Below are positions 58,034 through 64,000 of a stretch of 64,000 nucleotides of DNA, piece by piece. Positions within the stretch are counted from its first letter, which is position 1, and every line of letters starts with the position of its first letter. This DNA comes from Candidatus Microgenomates bacterium (GTDB taxonomy: Bacteria; Patescibacteriota; Microgenomatia; UBA8517). Location of the stretch: contig JBEKQV010000001.1 in NCBI GenBank assembly GCA_049519355.1, positions 220,491-284,490 of the forward strand. The letters are read 5' to 3'. The position numbers were made by a program, and so were the translations under genes. Under the pieces are notes generated by a model, which worked only from the letters and a program-made list of their open reading frames with translations, had not been told where the DNA came from and ran no database searches.

Positions 58034-60361
58034 TTAGGGTTTACCGAACCCAATTATACTAATTGTAAAAGATTGTCCACTTGAAGTTTTTAACGGAATT
58101 GTTTCAAAGTGCCCCGAAGAATCCACTGAATAAAACCACCCCGGTTTATAAGGGGCATTCGATTCATATGTGTGGATACCTGCTGAGGATGAATCGGCAA
58201 CGACGCCAACATGGGAGATGGCGTCTGGGCCGTCAAGAGAATTGTTAAAAAAAATAGTGTCGCCGGCGCAGACGTCGTCGTAGGTGGCGGCATTACCTGG
58301 AACCCATTTTCCAGGTTCATTTTTGAAATAGTTTACCATTGTGGGAAGAGGAAATGGAATGTTTTCGTTGATTGCCAGGTAAGATTTTGTTGCCATGTAA
58401 TTGCACCAAAACATGTCTTGGCTGCCTATTACCGCTTCTTGATTAGGCGGGTTTGGGTTTTGTGCAAAAAGAGTGGCGTTCCAGAGATCTGGGTAATCGG
58501 AAGAGTGGTTATAGTATAGGTCAAACCCCAAAGAAAGGTTGTTGGCGATAACTTTTGCGCGGTTGGCAATTTCTGGAGAACAGCCGGCGGCACCACTAAG
58601 AGTGCCCGAACTCGCAGGTACAACATAAGCCCCGGAATTGATGACAAAAAGGATTAGTGCAACGGCAATTGGTAGGGAGAGGAGGGTTATTACAACTGGT
58701 ACGACAATGGTGTCAAGGTAAACACCCGCAAGTCCGGTAAAAAACCTTCCTAAGCCGGAACTCAAACCGGAAAGAGATGACCTTAGTCCCGGAATGCCCT
58801 CATTCCAGACAGTGGCACCACCGTAACCGATCAACCCAGCTGCGGCTGCGGTTACAACAGACCCTCCTGTTAGGAAAAAAGCCGCTATGGCCGCAACGAA
58901 CGCGATAGCAATTTTCCCGTATTTGGCTAAAACATCTTTGACTTTGCCAAGAATTTTTACCCCGACGACTTCGACAAAAAAGGCCACGACCGGACCCACA
59001 ATCGGCGCGAGAGGGCCGAGGACCGGCACAAGAGCCGCCGTAATAGTTGCCGAAAGGCTAAGCCCCGTTGCCCCCTCCAAACCCTTTTCGGCTGCAACCT
59101 GGACCACTTTTTTAATGCCGAAATCTACTCCCGTTTTTTCTCCAAGCCAACCCAAAACAGGTGCTAAGCCTGAACCAACGGCAAGCTTTCCAAGAAAAGA
59201 TCCCCCAACAGCTTCCCAAGCCACAGGCGACCCAAGTCCGGCGATTGGCAAAAGGGCATGTACAGCCTCATTGCTAAAAATGCTTTTAAGAGCGCTGTCT
59301 GCCGGCAGTTTTGTGATTTCTTGACTTAAAAAGGAGCCAACCTTAGAGAGAATATGAGCACGGACATTTTCTATGCCGAAATCGGTTAAGCCTTCTAGAA
59401 AAGAACCCTGCCGGCTCATCAGAGAAGAAAAACCCCTTGCGATTAGACTAAAACCAAGCTTATTAAACCCTTCTTTGGGAGAATTCGAGAGACTGATATT
59501 GAAGTCCGGCAGAAACTCTTTTTGGAAGGAGTCGCCGAAAGCGGCGCGGGTAACGGCCTGACTTATTTCCTGTCTGGTTGCTCCCTGGTCAGACAAAACC
59601 TGAACCCAGTTTTTTAGAGTATCTGCTGTGGTTTTACTTTTGATCGCGGCGTCAACCTGTCCAGGGTTTGCAGACATTGCTGAAAACAAAGATGTTTGAA
59701 CAGAGAGAGAATCTTCCGTTTGTGCATTTTGAACAATGTCCAATGCAGCTTGTTTTGCCGCTGTGTCGGGAATGTTAGAAATTCTTGCCTTTATCTCCCC
59801 TTCGATTACCTCCGCCGTTCTGGGACCGTCAGCTTTGGCAAGTTGTCTTAACTTTTCTCCTTGCACGGTTTTAACATCGGAGGTTTTTTTGGCTTGGTAA
59901 TAAAGCCCTTCATCTTTTAAATTGGCTTCCGCCTGTTTTGCTCTTGCTGCCGCCTTCTCGTAAAGTTCCTGTTGTATTTTAATTACGCGTTTTACTTCCG
60001 CTCCCGAATTTTCAATTGTTTTTTGTTCTTCGGCTTTGCTTTTTGCCGCTTTAGTTTTGAGCTCCTCGAGGTTTTTTGGGACTGTTTGTTGACCTTCGTT
60101 GTTGACGGGTGCAATAAGTGCCCACGAATCAAGAATTTTATTGGCACTGATTACATCGTTAGTCCCAGTGATGTGTTTTATATAATCTCCGAATTCTTTT
60201 GGAGTTTTCCAACTTAATCCGAGACCTTTTACAGACCAGGGTTTCGGTTTTACGCCCTCATATCCGCTTCCAAGAATTTCTTTCGGGAAAAAATTAGTGG
60301 CGGCTTCCTGGAGATCGAAAACAATTTCTTTTGTATATCCGAAGGGTAATTCTTTTGCCAT
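58034..60361 (-). CDS. T4SS-associated fusion protein: N-terminal soluble Lys/Ala-rich domain, central VirB6/TrbL-like polytopic membrane domain, C-terminal CHAP (Cys/His amidohydrolase-peptidase) peptidoglycan hydrolase domain
   Basis: Residues 1-430 are hydrophilic. Residues 430-630 hold six to seven Gly/Ala-rich TM helices. The C-terminus reads QDMFWCNYMATKS...GDTIFF...DAISHVGVV, which places the Cys and His of a CHAP domain. The stop lies 1 nt before the VirB4 gene. Confidence 0.55.
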   Translation of the reverse strand: MAKELPFGYTKEIVFDLQEAATNFFPKEILGSGYEGVKPKPWSVKGLGLSWKTPKEFGDYIKHITGTNDVISANKILDSWALIAPVNNEGQQTVPKNLEELKTKAAKSKAEEQKTIENSGAEVKRVIKIQQELYEKAAARAKQAEANLKDEGLYYQAKKTSDVKTVQGEKLRQLAKADGPRTAEVIEGEIKARISNIPDTAAKQAALDIVQNAQTEDSLSVQTSLFSAMSANPGQVDAAIKSKTTADTLKNWVQVLSDQGATRQEISQAVTRAAFGDSFQKEFLPDFNISLSNSPKEGFNKLGFSLIARGFSSLMSRQGSFLEGLTDFGIENVRAHILSKVGSFLSQEITKLPADSALKSIFSNEAVHALLPIAGLGSPVAWEAVGGSFLGKLAVGSGLAPVLGWLGEKTGVDFGIKKVVQVAAEKGLEGATGLSLSATITAALVPVLGPLAPIVGPVVAFFVEVVGVKILGKVKDVLAKYGKIAIAFVAAIAAFFLTGGSVVTAAAAGLIGYGGATVWNEGIPGLRSSLSGLSSGLGRFFTGLAGVYLDTIVVPVVITLLSLPIAVALILFVINSGAYVVPASSGTLSGAAGCSPEIANRAKVIANNLSLGFDLYYNHSSDYPDLWNATLFAQNPNPPNQEAVIGSQDMFWCNYMATKSYLAINENIPFPLPTMVNYFKNEPGKWVPGNAATYDDVCAGDTIFFNNSLDGPDAISHVGVVADSSSAGIHTYESNAPYKPGWFYSVDSSGHFETIPLKTSSGQSFTISIIGFGKP

Positions 60362-60362
60362 A

Positions 60363-62198
60363 TTATTTTACTTGGTACGGCCCGGTGTTGATTTTTACAA
60401 CCTCCTGCGGTTTAGTTGTAATAAGTTTATTTTCTTCTTCAGACGCAACAACACGGATGGGGGCGTGGTGTGGTCCGGCAAAAAATATTCCCTCACCAAC
60501 ATTTGCTGCCAATAAGAGCTGTTTTTCTCCTTGGCTCAGATAAAAGACCTCACCAATCTTGTCTATTGCCGCGGGCGACTGTTTTAAAAGGACCTGCATG
60601 GCGCTGTTTGTAACGATGGCCTTTCCAATGTCCTGTCCGAGGAAGTCTTCGACGTCCTGCGTTATTGTAGTGAGTCCCAGGAAGTATTTACGGGCCCTCT
60701 TGACAACACTCCAAAGAAATTGCGCCGTGTCAGGGTATCTCATCATGTGCCAGGCCTCATCTACGATTAAAATTCTTTTCTTCATGTCCTTTTTGACGCG
60801 GGTCCAAATGTAATCGAGAATAATAAACATAGCAATTGGTCTAAGTGCGTCTTGCAGATCCTTGACTGAAAAGACGGTAAACGGATTTGTGATATTAATA
60901 TTTGTTTGTTTATCAAAAATTCCGATGAAACTTCCCCTGACGAACTTTTCAATTCTTGCCGAGAGATCAAGCGCTTCAGGAACTTCCATTCCGATTAAGG
61001 TTTTATAAAGATCTTCCATAAGCGGCGGTTCTTTTCCTTGGGTGTCGGGATCCATTGTTATTCCCTTGGCTCGGTAGGTCATGACAAGCGCTCTATCGAG
61101 GAGGGCCTCCTGTATTGGGGTAATTGCTCCCATAATAACTTTCATTAAAGAGTGAAGAGAAAGAATCTTCAGGCCCAACTGATTTTCGCCTTCCTCTCGG
61201 ATTTGAGAGAGATCAAACGGATTTATTTTGGCGGTCGAGTTGTAGGCGAAGGAAATATATTCACCTCCAACGGCAGTTGCAAGAGGTTGGTATTCGCTTT
61301 CGGGATCGATTACTATTACCTCAACGCCCGTCATAAGAGAGCGTAGTGCCTCAAGTTTTACGAAGTAGGATTTTCCGGCACCTGATGTTGCAAAAATTGT
61401 CATGTTTGCGTTTTCAAGGCTGAAGCGGTCGAAAATTATAAAGGATTCGTTTTGGGAATTAATACCGTATAAAACTCCTCGGTCGCTTGAAAGCTCGGTT
61501 GAAGTTAAAGGAAATGTCGTGGCAACGCTCGTTGTATCCATATTCCTTGTTATATTTAATCTGTCCATTCCGAAAGGCGCAGTCGAAAGAAACCCTGACT
61601 CCTGATCAAGAAGGGCGTGTTTACTTACAATGAGGAGAGACCCGAGTTGGGACTCTACCTGTTTGGTTATTTGGTTTAGCTCCTCGACCGAGTTGGCAGG
61701 AATTGTGATATAAAAGCTGAATTCGTAAAATCTTTCAATACCTTTTACAAGTTGTTCCTGAAGGGCCTGGGCATCTTCGAGTTTTGCTTGGGTTGTGGGG
61801 TCAACTATTTTTCCGCGTTCGATGTCGGTTGACATTTCCGCCTCCATCTCTGCAATTTTCCGTCTGAGGTCGTCAAGAACGCTTTTACCGTCAACAGGGT
61901 AAACATAAAAAGCAATATCAAGTGAAGTGTCCATGTTGATTACGGGCTCAAGCCACCCCGGGGCGACAAAACGCGGATATCCTCCTACAAAAATTGTTCG
62001 GAAATAAATGTCGTTAATTTTTATATAATCGAAATCCTCTTCTATTGATTGGGGAGCTATGGCGTCAAGCAGGTTCATTCCTTGCGAAATGGCAAGGTTG
62101 GGGTTGATTACCTTAGGCTTTACCTCATTTGGTTGAGTGGCCGGAGCGGGGTTTATTGTTTGAACCTGTTTTTGTTTTTTTGTAAATAAATTAGGCAT
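60363..62198 (-). CDS. VirB4/TraE/TrbE-family conjugal-transfer-type ATPase
   Basis: Walker A reads NMTIFATSGAGKSYFVKL and Walker B reads KRILIVDEAWHMM. CagE/TrbE/VirB4-type N-terminal motifs are also present (YFRTIFVGGYPRFVAPGWL). Confidence 0.8.
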   Translation of the reverse strand: MPNLFTKKQKQVQTINPAPATQPNEVKPKVINPNLAISQGMNLLDAIAPQSIEEDFDYIKINDIYFRTIFVGGYPRFVAPGWLEPVINMDTSLDIAFYVYPVDGKSVLDDLRRKIAEMEAEMSTDIERGKIVDPTTQAKLEDAQALQEQLVKGIERFYEFSFYITIPANSVEELNQITKQVESQLGSLLIVSKHALLDQESGFLSTAPFGMDRLNITRNMDTTSVATTFPLTSTELSSDRGVLYGINSQNESFIIFDRFSLENANMTIFATSGAGKSYFVKLEALRSLMTGVEVIVIDPESEYQPLATAVGGEYISFAYNSTAKINPFDLSQIREEGENQLGLKILSLHSLMKVIMGAITPIQEALLDRALVMTYRAKGITMDPDTQGKEPPLMEDLYKTLIGMEVPEALDLSARIEKFVRGSFIGIFDKQTNINITNPFTVFSVKDLQDALRPIAMFIILDYIWTRVKKDMKKRILIVDEAWHMMRYPDTAQFLWSVVKRARKYFLGLTTITQDVEDFLGQDIGKAIVTNSAMQVLLKQSPAAIDKIGEVFYLSQGEKQLLLAANVGEGIFFAGPHHAPIRVVASEEENKLITTKPQEVVKINTGPYQVK

Positions 62199-62886
62199 TT
62201 GTTTGTGCGTGTTCCAGTGTTACCTCGGGTTCTTTTTTGACCGCGGGATGTTCGGGATTATAGACGGACCAGTAAAGATCAATTAAGTCTGCTGTTCCAA
62301 GTTGTTTGAATTTAATTCCAAGGCGGCCCGCCTGGCGGATTAAATGGTCCCGTCTTGGGTAGAGAGTTATTTTTGCTTTTTTGATGACATACGACTTGGG
62401 GAATGGCAATGGACCTCCGCGTTTTGTAATAGCTGCGACGGATTTTCCTATTCCGAGCTCAAGAGGTGATAAATATAAAACAATGAAAAACCTTTTTCCT
62501 AAGACATTTTTCTTTTTAACGGATTCCGTAATAAAACCCCGGTAGTCTTGCATAAGCTTGGCCAAAAGGGGGTGGGTGATTTTTTTGGCCTGTTCATCCA
62601 GAAAATTTAAATATGAGCTTACATCCTTCCTTTGTGTCAGAACGACTATTTGAACGGAGAAGGTAAGTGAATTAATCATGGCGGCGTAGGCGGCAATTAC
62701 CGCTTCCTGCTCTTTTTCCGAAAGAAGACCAAAGTTAAGTGAGGTAGACTCCATTACAAGAGCTGCACCTCCGTCCCGGTAAACAACAACGTCATTTGTG
62801 ATATCGGCAATAGGAAGATGCTCCTCGGTTGTTGCGGTTAAGGGTTTGTCGGGAATATTTAAATACGGAATTTTAGGTAATGCCAT
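62191..62886 (-). CDS. Hypothetical 231-aa protein overlapping the VirB4 start by 8 nt; possibly the detached N-terminal domain of a Gram-positive-type VirB4
   Basis: VVVYRDGGAALVMESTSLNFGLLSEKEQEAVIAAYAAMINSLTFSVQIVVLTQRKD resembles, from memory, the N-terminal region of long (about 800-aa) VirB4 homologs. It has no TM segment. Confidence 0.4.
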   Translation of the reverse strand: MALPKIPYLNIPDKPLTATTEEHLPIADITNDVVVYRDGGAALVMESTSLNFGLLSEKEQEAVIAAYAAMINSLTFSVQIVVLTQRKDVSSYLNFLDEQAKKITHPLLAKLMQDYRGFITESVKKKNVLGKRFFIVLYLSPLELGIGKSVAAITKRGGPLPFPKSYVIKKAKITLYPRRDHLIRQAGRLGIKFKQLGTADLIDLYWSVYNPEHPAVKKEPEVTLEHAQTNA

Positions 62887-62889
62887 TTT

Positions 62890-63972
62890 TTAAAATTGTG
62901 CCGCCGGTTGAGCACTAAATTGATTTATCGCTTGAACGGCGTTCTCGGTTGCCATAACCCTTCTTCCTTGAACGAGAATCGGAGGAACGAGAACTCCTGT
63001 TGCGTCAAAACTTACCGGTGCAAATTGATATCCGTCTTTTTCGGTCACGATGTCATATCTTCCGCTATCAAGAGGGGTAACTGTAATGAAATGCCCAACC
63101 TTATTGCTTCGGAGGGCTCTAACCGGCCGCCCCGTCTCGTCTTTTATTTCCATTATTGCCCCCTCGACGATCTTTCTTTGTTCGTCGACCACCTGTCCGA
63201 CCACCACATTTGGAGTGGTGGGGGGATTTGGGGGAGCGGCGTCAACCGAAAACATTGCCTGTTTGGTTGAAATCATTTCTTCACCTGCAACAATTGGTGC
63301 AACCTGTTGGGCAGTCATTTGGATTGTGGGGGTTCCGGATTGGGGTTTTTCTTCGACGACAAGATGAGGAGCTCCGGGGGAGGGAATTCTAACGGGTTCC
63401 ATAACCGGGATTTGCAGGTTTTTCTCTGCCTGCTGGATGGGAATGTTTGCAACCGGAGCCGTCGGGGAGGTTTGGGATAAGGCCGGTGCACCCTTTCCTG
63501 CAAGTCCTGCGAAAATTCCGCTTAAGGTTGACAGAAAACCTTCCTCGGCGCCTTCAAGTTTGGCAAAGGAACCGGAGGGGTTTTTTGTCGTTGAAAGGTA
63601 TGTTTTAAGGGCGGCTTCCTGTTCGGGTGAAGCAGTAGTCGGAGCCGGGCCCACTTCTTCGTTTTGGAAAAACTTTGGAGGGGTGGTTGTTTTTTTCCAG
63701 AAAAATTCGGTAGGGGTATAAATTGCTTTAAAAAATGCAAAAATCCAGCGTTCAAGAGGTCTTTCTTCTAGGGGCATAAAAGCTAAGGCTACGCCAAGAA
63801 TTACGGAGATTATTGCCAGCGGCCATTTAACTATTCCGATAATAGGAGCTGCGTAGAAAATGATTCCGGCCAAAATTCCTCCGGCAAGCTGGAAGAATTG
63901 TTTAAGAGTCATATCTCCCACAAGTCGGAATTGATACGAAGAAATTTGTTGCGGAATAGGATGTTGTTCCAT
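62890..63972 (-). CDS. PrgI/VirB3-like two-TM protein extended by a Pro-rich linker and a C-terminal beta-sandwich (carboxypeptidase-regulatory-like) domain
   Basis: The N-terminus reads MEQHPIPQQISSYQFRLVGDMTLKQF and is followed by two TM helices. The C-terminus reads GQVVDEQRKIVEGAIMEIKDETGRPVRALRSNKVGHFITVTPLDSGRYDIVTEKDGYQF, a prealbumin-like pattern. Confidence 0.4.
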   Translation of the reverse strand: MEQHPIPQQISSYQFRLVGDMTLKQFFQLAGGILAGIIFYAAPIIGIVKWPLAIISVILGVALAFMPLEERPLERWIFAFFKAIYTPTEFFWKKTTTPPKFFQNEEVGPAPTTASPEQEAALKTYLSTTKNPSGSFAKLEGAEEGFLSTLSGIFAGLAGKGAPALSQTSPTAPVANIPIQQAEKNLQIPVMEPVRIPSPGAPHLVVEEKPQSGTPTIQMTAQQVAPIVAGEEMISTKQAMFSVDAAPPNPPTTPNVVVGQVVDEQRKIVEGAIMEIKDETGRPVRALRSNKVGHFITVTPLDSGRYDIVTEKDGYQFAPVSFDATGVLVPPILVQGRRVMATENAVQAINQFSAQPAAQF

Positions 63973-64000
63973 AGGACAGTAAAAGCAGTGAACTCTACTC

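Noticed and set aside
62896-63721. Four plus-strand ORFs (78-124 aa)
   Set aside because: All are antisense to the PrgI-like gene, with Pro/Gly/Arg-rich low-complexity translations.

Overview
This 64 kb window reads as a compact, gene-dense bacterial chromosome segment with the gene content typical of Candidate Phyla Radiation (Patescibacteria) genomes; that assignment is an inference from gene content. There are no rRNA genes, CRISPR arrays, transposases or integrases. Recognisable core genes include the hrcA-grpE-dnaK and groES-groEL heat-shock operons, each preceded by a TTGACA promoter and a CIRCE operator. Also present are murJ, rpsT, pcrA, metG, the t6A genes (a tsaC-tsaE fusion plus tsaD), valS, rplY and rnhA. 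The replication-origin neighbourhood is intact: jag-yidC-yidD-rnpA-rpmH, then dnaA and dnaN flanked by DnaA-box clusters. One tRNA-Cys(GCA) with a downstream rho-independent terminator was found. A large share of the window is cell-envelope biosynthesis: several GT-C (GT39/PMT/ArnT-like) membrane glycosyltransferases, an LCP ligase, a GT2 processive synthase, UDP-glucuronate decarboxylase, a WecA/MraY-family transferase, a UbiA-family prenyl-phosphate phosphoribosyltransferase-like protein, two tandem FemAB paralogs, an M23 peptidase, a PEGA protein, VanW, a DUF4012 protein and an O-antigen-ligase-like protein. Three accessory-looking regions stand out. The first is a PilN/PilO-like module followed by anchored surface proteins, two of them extremely cysteine-rich and one carrying a hexanucleotide (Ala-Thr)n repeat. 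The second is an rmuC gene co-transcribed with a UvrD helicase fused to a 4-Cys PD-(D/E)XK nuclease. The third, at the 3' end, is a chromosomal T4SS-like operon: a PrgI/VirB3-like protein with an extracellular beta-sandwich domain, a VirB4 ATPase that appears split over two overlapping ORFs, and a VirB6-like polytopic protein fused to a CHAP peptidoglycan hydrolase. No relaxase or coupling protein is present in the window. All calls rest on reading the supplied translations and sequence by eye; no database search was possible.
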